20,000 bases of DNA from Welwitschia mirabilis (lineage: Eukaryota), in the NCBI GenBank assembly GCA_051453625.1, contig JBOZIK010000001.1, positions 20,606,425 to 20,626,424 of the forward strand. The letters run 5' to 3'. This document shows positions 9,029-20,000 of the stretch, piece by piece. Position numbers and translations under genes: made by a program. The notes beneath the pieces were generated by a model. That model searched no databases, was not told the origin of the DNA, and worked only from the letters and a program-made list of their open reading frames with translations. How positions within the stretch are numbered: position 1 is the stretch's first letter; every line of letters begins with the position of its first letter.

Positions 9029-10559
9029 GTTCCATTTGCAAGTTAGATGAAACCGCATTGGATCCATTATCTTTTGTAGCATTCTTGCAAATATGGTGCA
9101 CCAAAATGGCACCATTGGCATGGGAATTACAGAAAGAGATAGAAGTTAACGTCATAGATTGCAACATTTAGAGCACATCAATCAAAAATCTCAAAGCACA
9201 AAAGATCAAAGAAAAAATGCCATGGAAAAATGTGAAATTTAACATCTATGGTTTTGAAAGGTGTTGTAAAGCCGTTGGCCATAGAATAGCATGCGGATTG
9301 GATAAAGATATTCATGTGGAGGAATCAAAGAGGATCTGGGTGAAGAATGTCAGATATCCAAGAGGAATTTCTTTGGCTTGTCACTCTGTGTGTGCCCTTT
9401 CGACTTAGACATAAAGGTTCTTGCAAAGTGAGAACCGTTGTTCAATTCTTGTATAAGAACCCTCAATCTATCACTGAAACTAGGCTAGAGTAGAAATGAT
9501 GTGCAATCCTATGTAGAAGTAGCTGCTTTTGTCTTTGACAAAGCCGCAACATCTGACTCATGGACTATCAAAAGCCTTCATAGAAGCTTCAAACCCTAAC
9601 TCTGTGAAGGAAGGCCCTCTGCTGGACCCATAGAGCTTCACCTGTTAGTGGATTTCCTTGGCAAAAACAACTTTTCTGCTTTCTGTTCTGATTTTCGTGG
9701 AGTTACATAACCAAATCTCTACTCCTTTTCTTTTCCATTTGATGACGATCAAAATTTGCATAGGATTGTGAGAGGCCATGGTTAAATGGAACCTCTCATC
9801 CTTAAGCTCTGATACCATTTGTAGAAAATTACAGAGTGAAGGTGAGGGGAGGCAAACATAGTGACAAAGCTAATTTGTAGAAAATGAGATTCCACATCTT
9901 AGGCCAAGCCAGGACCTATGATGAGGCACTTTCTCACCAGCGTTTGCGTCATATTTATACATAGCAAATTTTCTAAATATGACTCAATTTGCTTGCCCAA
10001 CTTCTAATCTTTCTCTGTTGATCCACTAAACAAGGGATCATGAAGCTAATGCCTATTGCAAGTCCAACTTAATCCTTTTAATTTGGTAACCTCATCAACT
10101 TCTATTCAAATTAGTTGAATGGATGCACTATTTAGTTTCATGCCATCCATTCAACTATTACAGACATAACTTAAATGTGCTAAATATTCCCAACGCATGG
10201 CTGATTATGTTCTACTATGCAAATAAATAGATTGTTGAACCTAATCTCTGATAACAATTCTCACAAAACGTGCAACAAAAATAGGTCACAATGATTTATT
10301 CATTAATAGAGAATAATAATACGGATGTATAGAAGAAAGAATTAAGTGAAACAAAGGACAGTCACAAGCAGTGATCTTTGATTAACCATGAATATTGATT
10401 AGAAGCCAAGACCAACACCTCAAGCTAGGGTTTCTGAACTACACACCATGAACAGAAATTACAAAATCAAATTTGAGAACAATACCGTTTCTGGTAAACA
10501 ACACATTTTTATTATAAGGTTATTTCAACAACATTTCAGTATTACATTAGTGGTGTTGT

Positions 10560-10960
10560 GAACTCCACAGCTGTGGGGAATGGGAACTTAATGCCAAGGC
10601 CAAGCACATGAAGCACTTTGCTTTCCAAGGATGCTGGAACTTGCTACGACATGTCTTCTACACAATATTAGAGGACTTGCCAAATTGATGGGTTTACTTC
10701 TCCTCTAGTAGTGTGACTAGAGAAGGAGCAATGTACGAACCTGCATTTGGTGGCCTCATTTGTTGCTGAGATGTCAAACAGACAAACAACCAAGAGGTTT
10801 CCCTTTAAACAATGCAATTAGGACAACAATTTGCGTCATTGGTGGAAGTAATCATGCTGTAGGAAGATAATGCATGTTGTAAAATTCCAGGAGTGAAGCT
10901 TCAGTGTAGCATGCTGGCATGGACATTGAAAGAATATCAAAAAGAATTGGTGGCAATTCT
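10560..10960 (+). mobile_element. Possible LINE 3' (zf-RVT-like) remnant
   Basis: Frameshifted TLLSKDAG/NLLRHVFYT loosely resembles the LINE C.LC...E...HLFF zinc-finger motif. The segment has higher GC than its flanks. Weak. Confidence 0.25.
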
Positions 10961-11795
10961 GCTCCTGTAAAAGTTCATTCATTTCACTTCCCTCTATAAC
11001 TCATTGGATGGTCCTTACCCCATTTGGCTTCCTTTTTTTTTTTTTAATTGATGTATTGTTACCACAAGAAGTACCAGTATTATGAGATCTTCCCTGCTGA
11101 CAAATGCTCAACATTCTGCTTTCCTTTTATTGAACATTTTGAACATAGTTTCTAGGTTTGTCTTTTGTGCTTTTAACCAATCATTTTTGAGACTTTTCTT
11201 CACATAGTATAGAACTAATAATTGTTTATATTTCTTGTAGTTAAGATTCCAATCTTACATCAATGCTTGAATACTAAGTTTGATACTTTTTTATTTCAAG
11301 TCATTATATTAATTTATGTCCAATAATGCCATATTGCAACTTAAGAATGTCAAATAAATTTCATAAACATATTTTGTTTAATTTGGATATGAATCACAGA
11401 TGCTGCATCAAAGTAGCTACTATCTATAAACAATGTTTAAAAGCAAAACTATGTGCTATACCCTCCGTTTAGCAAGCACAACAGATGTTATATAACTAAA
11501 TTTAATAAAAACATCATGGAAACATGCTGTATAATACCTCATTATGCTCTCTAATCTTTTTTGTTTTTCAAAATCAAATTCCACAAATTTACACTCTCCA
11601 AAATTATTCTAGGAATCTTTCCTAATGCAGACCAGATTGTTTGATCTGTAAGAAGTATTCACTGCCTTTACGGTTTAAATTTAATATGCTAATTTGTTAT
11701 TTATAATAATTTTTTGTGTTAGCTTCAAGTTCCTTCCAGATCTGATCTGTGTACCTCAGTCTGTTGCTGAAATGTTATTGGTGATCTGTATTCAG

Positions 11796-12068
11796 GCATG
11801 TAGGAGGAAAGGGTTTCCACATTGTTGCTGCACATACAGATAGTCCCTGTCTCAAGTTAAAACCTGTGTCCACATCATCAAAGGCTGGTTTTTCTATGGT
11901 GAATGTGCAAACATATGGCGCTGGTATATGGCATACTTGGTTTGACAGGGATTTGAGTGTTGCAGGACGAGTCATCTTGAAATTAAAGAATGGATCATTT
12001 TTGCATAAGCTTGTTAAAGTGAACCGTCCTATCTTACGTATCCCAACCCTAGCCATTCATCTGGACAG
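11796..12068 (+). CDS. DNPEP: Aspartyl aminopeptidase (M18 family), internal exon B
   Basis: ttcAG|G acceptor, AG|GTatt donor, 273 nt (phase 2 to phase 2). Translates (K)HVGGKGFHIVAAHTDSPCLKLKPVSTSSKAGFSMVNVQTYGAGIWHTWFDRDLSVAGRVILKLKNGSFLHKLVKVNRPILRIPTLAIHLD(R). Contains the M18 metal-ligand motif AHTDSP plus WFDRDL and LAIHLDR. Confidence 0.96.
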
Positions 12069-13744
12069 GTATTCACTAACTTGTGCATTAAAGAAATACA
12101 AACGGTCTTTTTGTTTGAACTTTTATTTTTTAATTTTTGGTGTTAATGTCTTATATTGATGTTATGGACCATTCATAAATCAACCACTTTAATCACTGCA
12201 TCAGTGTCACTGTCAGACCTGATGTCAAAATATAACGTTTAACATCATAAGGACAGAAATTAGTCTAAGAAGAAAAGTCACTTATCATTTTTTTTGTCTT
12301 TCTATCTTGATTTGATTTATTTATTCCACATTATGTTGTCTTGCTCTTGGTTTGAGTTAAAGTTGTCATGCTTCTTGGCCTTCTTGCAATTATTTTCATT
12401 AAAGAAGTTCATTTAGTCTCTGTTGTTGGAATCAAACCTGCTTTGCCTCTCAAACTTGGACTTGACAACTAAACTTGGAAAGCTTGGCACAAAGTCACTT
12501 GAGCTTGGTGACTCTAAAGGACAAACTAACTTGGTGAGTTTTCTATTTTGATATATTTATTTTGTAGCCAAACTCGAGAGTTAGCGGAGTTTCAATACAA
12601 TATTTTTAAGGAATGTCAACTTGGTAAGAAACCATAATTTCATGGTAAAGCGAGTTATATGGGTCAATGATTAAGAAGTCAGAAAAAGTGAAAAATCAGC
12701 AACTTCTCCACAAAGTTTGGTCAGTAAGTCAGAGACTAGGTGGCAAAAAAGTTAGCAAAAAAGTTCGACATTGAAAGAACCTTTAAAAAATCAGTTTTCT
12801 CTAAGTTTAACAATCTAAGACATTAGTAGAAAACCTGTGGGAAGAGTTAACAATCTAATAATGTATTAAGAATAACCAAATCAATAAGTTAGATGGCTTG
12901 TGCCTTTCAGCAATCAAACTGAAAGTCTAAAAGTGAATCCGTAGGTAAATGGATAAGTATTTGGAAGACAATATCACATCATATGTAATTGCTTTGAATC
13001 CACAATCATATCATCTATTATATAGAGAAACAACAACATGTATTGATATTGATGAATAATTTAGTCTCAAAGTATGCATCACAAACAGGTACAAAAAGGA
13101 AAATTTTGGGGGAAAAACACAGTGCATGTTTCTGTCTAATCGATATATTGACACAACATAATAATCCAATAGTCTGAATGTTTGATACAAGTTTGACATA
13201 TGATACGCGATACCAGTCTGTCATAACCCACAACTTCACAAACACAATAATGCACAGATCCATGCACTAAGGTTCTATGGCTTCTTAGAAGAACGTTCGC
13301 ATTTCTCTTGTGTTCTCAAAACTTCCTCTAGGGTTTATTTGCGTTAGCATGTGATGGAGGTATGGAATGTGCCTCCATTCTCGGCATGCCCAAGTCATCC
13401 ATGGTGAACAAGGATTTCTCACCATCATCATTGAACTCTAAATCTGAAGACGAAGGAGCTACTTTGATCAAGACTGTGATCTCCACTGTCATTATCAGAG
13501 TGATCAAGAAGACTTTATGGCTGGCATGATGAAGAACCAGTGGACCTTTCTCTCACAACAAAAGCAATGTAAATAGTTTATGAATATGGAATTTTGCATG
13601 GGCTTTAGAGGACATAACAACTTCAGGAGAGGTATCCTTGTATCCCTTACTCTCTCCAATTCGTTATGTACAAGTTAAAGATGGATGAATATGATGAATG
13701 CTTATCAGCCCTTGGTTTGTTGATGCTAGCTACTTGGCGTTAGG

Positions 13745-14030
13745 TCTAAGGTTATTTTGGGCAAAGACTAATCACACAACCTCTAGTTTGTGAGCTGACC
13801 ATGCTTCTTTGAGTGTATATGCTCAAAGAGGCTCCAATTATATTTAGATGCCAGAATGATAAGCAACAACAACTGTTAGGAAACAATCAATATGATTTGC
13901 AAATTGGCGTTTTGAAGATATGAATTACAAATGAATACGAGATGGGCTACATGGTCGTGAAAGAATTCAAATGGCTATCTCTTTTCAAGCCAATGTATCC
14001 AAAATATAAGTAATCCATCAATCCTCCAAA
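13745..14030 (-). mobile_element. hAT transposase C-terminal dimerisation-domain remnant
   Basis: Minus strand of ~13745-13850 reads SKYNWSLFEHIHSKKHGQLTN*RLCD/LVFAQNNL. This matches the plant hAT motif GCERNWSTFE.IHSKKRNRL...RLNDLVFV.YNL. The upstream part is weaker and no TIRs were identified. Confidence 0.82.
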
Positions 14031-14237
14031 ATGACCAAGCAACAAAGTTAAAAAATATATCCAAAAATTATGTATGTGTGCAATGAACAAGGACTACAAC
14101 AGAGAATGACATAACACAAGCCATTTTTTCTTTGTGCAAATTTCAACTTCTAACATGGTTTTCTTTTCTCTTGCCTTTTCTAAGCTAATGAAGCTGAAGC
14201 ATCTAGAAAGACTGTTACTTTTCTTCTTGAAAGAGGG

Positions 14238-14991
14238 TTAGCCTTGAAAGTAGAATCAACCCAGGGGGTAAATGAATTGAGTTTTCAGTCAAACTTCTTA
14301 AGAAACTAAGAAATTTTAAACTAGTATAGCTTATATAGTTAAGTGCTTCAAGTGAAAACTCATAAACAATACAAATAAAATCAAGCACAAAAGATGAGCC
14401 ACAATTTCATACTCGTTCAGCCTAAGCCTACTCCACTCTGAGGGGGAAGATCAATCTCCTTCTCCTTGGTTTCCTTAACTCACTTTTAGCTATTGTGCAT
14501 ATCTTGATCAAGAATCTTCCCACGTATTTGAGGCGTTGGAGGCCGAGGTTTAACCTTTACAACAATTAAGAAGCTGAAGAAGAGTGCCTAATGCATAGAT
14601 TCAGCCCAAGGGAGCTCTAGAATGGTTAGATATTCAAAAGCTTAAAGCAATCCTAAATCTCTTAGAAAGCTTAGCATACAAAGAATGGCATTAAAGACAA
14701 ATATGAGGAATAAGTGAAAATATATGACTCAGAGAGGAATCGCTATTGGGAACAACAAAAACATGCCTAAAATACACTTGTCCATGCATGTAGGAGATCC
14801 TTTATAAACTCACTTTTGGGTTCGATGATGATATTGCATGGGGAGCTAAGCGGCCCAACATTTGAAAATTGTGTCTACATCCCACTTCAGTAACATGGGA
14901 GGGCATGCCATGTAATTAAGTGCGGATGGGATCAAAACAATCAGTGACAATCCCATCAACTTCAAACAAGCAAATTAAGCATCATTGAAGC
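14238..14991 (-). mobile_element. Possible SIRE/Maximus-type Copia LTR remnant
   Basis: TTGAAAG...CCCAGGGGGTAAATGAATTG resembles the reverse complement of the SIRE U5 terminus (ATTCACCCCCC...TTTCA). ATTTCATACTCGTTCAGCC..GCCTACTCCAC resembles the conserved gtggttcggc..gcctac block. There is a TATA-like tttataaa at ~14801. Based on recalled motif resemblance only. Confidence 0.45.
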
Positions 14992-16425
14992 NNNNNNNNN
15001 NNNNNNNNNNNNNNNNNNNNNNNNNNNNNNNNNNNNNNNNNNNNNNNNNNNNNNNNNNNNNNNNNNNNNNNNNNNNNNNNNNNNNNNNNNNGAAGCAGAT
15101 TTCTGCAATGATCAAGTCCAATAGAAAATCATGGTCTGAGAAACTTCCCTATAGCTAATTGGCATAAAAAATTCGATGTATTGCTACTAGTGTAATCTCC
15201 ATCCCTTCTCACCATGTGGCTTTGCCCTTATGTCCCTCCTAATGCCAATGCTTGTTTTGCTAAACGAAATCTTTTGGAAGGCCACTGCCTAGCATCTGCT
15301 TCTCATATCTCCCATTATCAATCAAATTTTTGTGAGACCTTTAACAAGTAGGTCTAGTCCTGTGACCTTCACGTTGACATTCTCATCCTTTGCTAGAACC
15401 CCTCTCCTTGTACTTTGAAATTAACTCCAAAGTGGGTTGAACCTGACCTAATTCATGCGAAATTTTGAAAGGAGCATTTGAATTGAAAACGCTCAATGAT
15501 ATGTTCCTACCCATTTTCCTTCCCACCCATTTCTTTATCTCTCGTCTTCTTTTTGGTCCCCTCTCCTCGTTGTCTGTCTTTGGACTTTTCCCTTTCTATC
15601 AAAATTTTTCTTGGTTTGATAATGTTATTCTTTGATCCTTTTCCTATTCTATTGCTTTCCTTGTTTGGTATTCTCTCTTTCAAAACCCATTACTTTAGTT
15701 TGCAAATTTTCCTTTCTACTATTCCTCCTCTCTTCCGTAACTGTCGCCTTTTAATCTATTTCCTTTCTTCCCAATATCAACATGTCTTTTATAGTCTGCA
15801 ACTATCAACTAGTTCCAACCACAGTAGTGGCTTGGATTGCCTTCAACTATAGTCACACAAAGACAAAACAATACAGCACTTCTTTGCTATTGTGGTCTAT
15901 AGGCATCTCCATACCTTGTTATAAAATGGGACAACTCAACTAACTACAATTCTAGTATGTTAGCAGAAGTTAATCTAACCATTGGTATCTTAACGACAAT
16001 GAGGCATCCCATGCATGCCTCATCTGAGTGAATTATGCTTTTTCACCTTTCCTCAACATCGTAGTAGCAACACTCACATATCCAGCTTTAATCCAAATCC
16101 TCTTCGTACTATGCTTCTTTGTATGTGTTTGTCCTTGCATTGCCAGAATGCCTGCAATAGGGATCAAAACTGTAAGATCAAAATTTGATGTATTTGATAT
16201 TGTGGTGTCAAGGAGAACATCCCTTTCTACATCCCAATCCCATCCCTTCCCATCGAGTCCTGAAAATCCCTCATTTCATTCCAGAATTGTTGAAATCTCA
16301 ATACTTAAATCATTTTCCCAACCTGGACATCCAATCTTGCAAGTTAGGACATCCAACCTCTATTCGACAGCCAAAACCACCAGACAACCCATGTTTGGGC
16401 ACTGAAACCCTAACTAGGGTAACCT

Positions 16426-17102
16426 AGTTGAAAAATTGCTGCATAACACAGAGAAAATAATGAACAGAGAATGAAACTAGTGAGGGGAAACACAAACGAA
16501 TTTACGTCGCTTGGGCCCTTTATATTGTACTTCCACGGACCAGTGTAGAGCTTTTGTTATCAATGAAATGTCAAGGACACAGACCATCCTCAAGAGCTAG
16601 ACATCAACACTCAAAATCAGCAAAAGATTCTTACACCCATATCTCCCAACCTGATTCACATCCCCTTTTCTGACAAACATTAGAGTTAAAACTTTAACAG
16701 GATAACCAAACATCAACTAATAAAACATATAGGACCCACATACAGAAAGCCAATGTTATTACAAGACAGATGAGACAATTAAAGTTTTCACTTCATTGTA
16801 ACATTCCTCCCCTGGAAAGCGCCCTTGTCTAGCCTTCAGGAAAACAAGAGATGCATTGTTCAGATGCCTATTGCTTATGTCACAACTACCCCAAGCTGCT
16901 CCTTGCAGAAGATATGCTTCTTTCCTTCTATTGTTTTTGTCATAAAATCAACACCATTATTCTTAGTTCAATTTTTCGTATGTTTATCACTGTATTCCAC
17001 CAGTTCCCTGACGAATATAAGATTGTGTCAATATGCTTTGTCCTTCCATTGTGTGCAGGGTTCCTAACCTTGAAGGTAAGACTTTGGCTATGACAATACA
17101 CA
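16426..17102 (-). mobile_element. 3' end of a Ty1/Copia element: RNase H C-terminus (16875-17102), PPT (16804-16813), 3' LTR (~16426-16803)
   Basis: Minus strand LYCHSQSLTFKVRNPAHNGRTKHID../RELVEY../KNNGVDFMTKTIEGKKHIFCKEQLGVVVT* matches Copia LYCDSQSAI.LAKNP..H.RTKHID..ADxxTK. On the minus strand AGGGGAGGAA abuts TGTTAC. The LTR carries an AACACAAACGAATTTACGT block typical of Tork/Tnt1-like LTRs. The left LTR edge is approximate. Confidence 0.85.
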
Positions 17103-17525
17103 ATGTATTCATGCTATTTTAGTCCAAGAGAACTAGAAAAAACCATGCAGCTACAACATCTTACAAAATTCAGACAATGGTACACATTTTGCTCTAATGG
17201 TAGACAATGTTACCAAAGATTGCTGTTTTATAACTTTCTAGAGTTCCCATTTTTAAACAAAATTGTTAAATCGTTTTTAGTTATCTTAATCCATATTTGG
17301 ATGATAACTGTTAAAACCGCCATTATATTGATATGCTAAAAATTTGATCATGCTACTGTTGTACAGAAAACTTAAAGAGCAAAATGCTTTATTGTCATCT
17401 TGGTTTTCATGATGGTTATTTACTATCCTTTTTCCACAGAGATTTTTCTTTTGCCATCTATATAATACTTCAAAGTTAATAAACATCTGAAAGGCTATAG
17501 CTTCTCTTTTGTCTTCTGTTTACAG

Positions 17526-17670
17526 GTCAGTTAATACAGATGGTTTCAAACCAAACTTAGAAACTCATCTTCTACCAATTTTGTCATCTGAAAACCATAA
17601 TGAAGTTTCGTGCTCTAATGAACATGACTCTGGAACTTCCAGTGATACAAAGCATCCTCTTCTGCTAAAG
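17526..17670 (+). CDS. DNPEP: Aspartyl aminopeptidase (M18 family), internal exon C
   Basis: Polypyrimidine tract then tacAG|G, donor AAG|GTacc, 145 nt (phase 2 to phase 0). Translates (R)SVNTDGFKPNLETHLLPILSSENHNEVSCSNEHDSGTSSDTKHPLLLK. VN.DGFKPN.ETHL.P and HPLL are conserved in plant DAPs. Confidence 0.94.
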
Positions 17671-17895
17671 GTACCTCTTTGTTATGTTTGGATCTTTGAT
17701 TTTTGCACAGAATTTGATTCTCTGCTTTCATCTGAAAACTCATTTCTAAAAGAAGGACGCAGATTAGTAATGTACAAATCAAAGATGCTGATTATAAAAA
17801 TTAGGATAATTGGAGCTTAGCTTTCCGAAGCTAGCACAATTTGAGCTAAAATAATACGTCAAACGTATAAAGGAATCTGATATGCTGCATGTTAG

Positions 17896-18135
17896 GTTGT
17901 GGCAGAGGAACTTGACTGTTGTGTTGAGGAGATAGCAGACTTTGATTTGAATGTCTGTGATACTCAACCTAGTTGTCTTGGGGGAGCAGATAATGAGTTC
18001 ATTTATTCTGGAAGACTTGACAATCTTGCCTCATGCTTCTGTGCATTGAAAGCTCTTATAAACTCTTCCAGTTCTGCAGACAGTCTATCAAATGAGTCTT
18101 CTGTAAGAATGGTTGCCTTATTTGATAATGAAGAG
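17896..18135 (+). CDS. DNPEP: Aspartyl aminopeptidase (M18 family), internal exon D
   Basis: gttAG acceptor, GAG|GTata donor, 240 nt, phase 0. Translates VVAEELDCCVEEIADFDLNVCDTQPSCLGGADNEFIYSGRLDNLASCFCALKALINSSSSADSLSNESSVRMVALFDNEE. Contains GRLDN (bridging Asp) and FDNEE (catalytic and metal-binding Glu pair). The gene continues beyond the window. Confidence 0.96.
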
Positions 18136-18849
18136 GTATATTATTATTCTTTGGATTAATTTTCAAGGCTTGAACACAGACCTGTAAAAAATTTAAGTTC
18201 ATATAAATTTTCTATAGCTCAATTATATCCCTTTTTTAAATTTTTTTTGTATCTCAAATACATGTCATAGTTATCAAACTTAGATTCAACAACTGAATTC
18301 AGCAAACTTGGTACAAGTTCAGCTGAAGAAAAAAAGGGTTTGATATGAGTGTACTTTACAATGGTTAAACCTTAAAAGATTCAATGATTCTTCTGCATCA
18401 AGCACATTGCTAGATGAAAAACAAGCGTTCTACATTGAAAACATGACGAAAATCTGCAGTTGCATGGAATTCTAGTAAAAAACTGAAAATAATGAAATAC
18501 ATAAAGCATTGGTACTATTTTGGCTTCTTACATCAAAATAGCCAAAATACGAGCTTCCATCGATCAAAATAGCAAAAGGACAATAAGACATAACATATAA
18601 ATACATTCACATTGATATTTGGTTCACTACAGTTCAACTCTGTTTTGTTAAGAAGCCAACACTCAAAATATAAGAAAATAAATTTGACATCTGTATATGT
18701 TGGTATACACACCAATGCCTTCACCCAAGATGTCGGGTCCCTCTTTTTCTTTCAAGTGTTCTTACCCTTTAAATTTCCCTTTCTTTAAGATTTAACACAT
18801 TAGTGGGTTAGTAATGTTTCCAAGTTGGTACGAATAAGTTTAAGCTATG

Positions 18850-19700
18850 TTGAAAGAAGAATGAATCATGACTGAGGAGCAGGAAACAATCTGACCTAGA
18901 GGGCTACATTAGCAGAAGCTCCAGAAAACACAAAATGGAGCCAAAGGGAAATGCCAGAAACAATGCCATGTGAGCTACAAAATCGGTGAGGAGATAGAAA
19001 AAAAAGGAGAAGGAGAAGAAGAAGAAGAGAAAGGCTTCTATTTGTCTAGAGCACCACCAGAAGCGTTTGATGAAGAAAGGGATGGGACTCTCTTTGCAGT
19101 GCCTTCAGAAGCTTCATCTCTAAGAGAAGAAGAGAACCTTGGGAGTGGAAGTTCTATGTCAGCAGCTTCCTCAATGAGGATAAGCACTTCCTAAGTCAAA
19201 ACTTCGAAGATATCAAGCATGCAGTGGGCATCCCTCTCAGATCTGTGGCAGTTGCCCTCCCTCTGAGACCCTCCATTCTATGTCTTGGGCCTTGTGCTGC
19301 CATCTCCTCTATTGGTCCTCCTCCTCATGTTCTTTTAGATTTTGCTTGTCCACCTTGTGTGTGATGGAAGCCTCCCTCTTTCGTATCTCCTCTATTGTCT
19401 TCTTATTTTCATCCCTTTCCCCTTCCATCTTCATCACTTTCCCCTCTGGCTTTGCCATATTGTGTTGCATCTTCGCCAACTTAACATCTTTCTTTAGGTA
19501 TGGCTTCACCATCCACTCCACTACTTCCCTCAGAATGCTAGGGAGGTCCCTTGCTCCCATCACATGCAAAAACAATGTTCACAAGAGCCCAAAGGAAAGC
19601 TTGAATCAAGAGAAGGCATGATTCCTTACCAATGAATGACGAAGTGGCAGAAAATATGGCAGTGAAGGTTATTCCAAATTTGGGGTGGAAAGCTACAAAC
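18850..19700 (-). mobile_element. Probable TE-derived decayed coiled-coil ORF region in the intron after exon D
   Basis: Minus ORF 19309-19575 is E/K-rich and coiled-coil-like, followed by an S/P-rich antisense stretch. It has no aminopeptidase similarity and resembles accessory ORFs of large LTR retrotransposons. Family not identified. Confidence 0.35.
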
Positions 19701-20000
19701 AAAACCTTGATCTTTATTAACCATTGCAACTTGCAATACATCCAACATTTCTAGGCTAGGTGTGCCTCATCAATAGGGAATACAGAAATGAAATGACGAG
19801 GAGAGATTAAATAGAAATTTAATTACTATATTTGGAGATGACAAAGCTTCATGAGTTGAGGATCATTTTGCCATCTCGATTCACGTTATTTTAGTGCAAT
19901 TTAATCTCTAAAGCTTCCTGACTTTGTTGAGAATATATCTATTTCAATGATGAAGACGACAAAATTATTCCCAGGTCAAAGTTACAGCTCAATCTGGAGG

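Larger units (their letters stand above)
6039..10195 (-). mobile_element. Older non-autonomous LTR retrotransposon (5' LTR 9820-10195; 3' LTR from gap to 6364), interrupted by a nested element
   Basis: 6039-6364 and ~9853-10195 are a diverged direct repeat. A perfect reverse-complement PBS GCTCTGATACCA at 9806-9817 abuts TG at 9820. A reverse-complement PPT (TACCCCTCC, 6365-6373) abuts CA at 6364. The internal region is only ~1.4 kb after removing the nested element and carries a broken CX2CX4HX4C knuckle at 6888-6929. The left boundary and TSD are hidden by the gap. Confidence 0.85.

Noticed and set aside
11866..12159. ORF-track proteins 11866-12159, 17509-17820 and 17899-18159 as standalone genes
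   Set aside because: They are exons of one spliced gene. Similarity stops at GT donors and the tails are intron read-through.
15496..15852. Hydrophobic 118-aa + strand ORF as a membrane protein
   Set aside because: F/L/S richness follows from the T/C-rich composition. No recognisable domain or splice context.
16801..16875. Minus-strand LDKGAFQGRNV as a Gypsy chromodomain end
   Set aside because: The upstream coding sequence is clearly Copia RNase H ending at a stop at 16875-16877, so the resemblance is probably due to PPT composition.
18970..19194. Acidic + strand ORF as a further aminopeptidase exon
   Set aside because: The next expected exon should begin VGS.S.QGA. No such peptide was seen in 18136-20000, and this ORF is GAA low-complexity sequence.

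Overview
Eukaryotic (land-plant) scaffold sequence, AT-rich, with five N gaps (3153-3252, 5909-6038, 8188-8287, 8525-8618, 14992-15091). The whole window lies inside one + strand gene for an M18-family aspartyl aminopeptidase (DNPEP/DAP, most like the plastid-type plant paralogue). Four internal coding exons (2026-2161, 11796-12068, 17526-17670, 17896-18135) have GT-AG borders, join in frame without stops and retain the AHTDSP, LAIHLDR, GRLDN and FDNEE motifs. The first and last exons are outside the window. The introns (9.6 kb, 5.5 kb, 225 bp, plus partial introns at both ends) are packed with decayed transposons: a CRM-like Gypsy gag with LTR, three Copia fragments, a hAT transposase remnant and a SIRE-like LTR. 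The most interesting structure is a younger non-autonomous chromovirus-derived LTR element (6960-9028, TSD GTTCC). It appears to have a three-LTR tandem layout and three covarying hairpins in its LTR, and it is nested in an older, opposite-strand, non-autonomous LTR element. I see no clear evidence of a wholly new biological system. All family assignments come from motifs I translated by eye and compared from memory; no searches were run.
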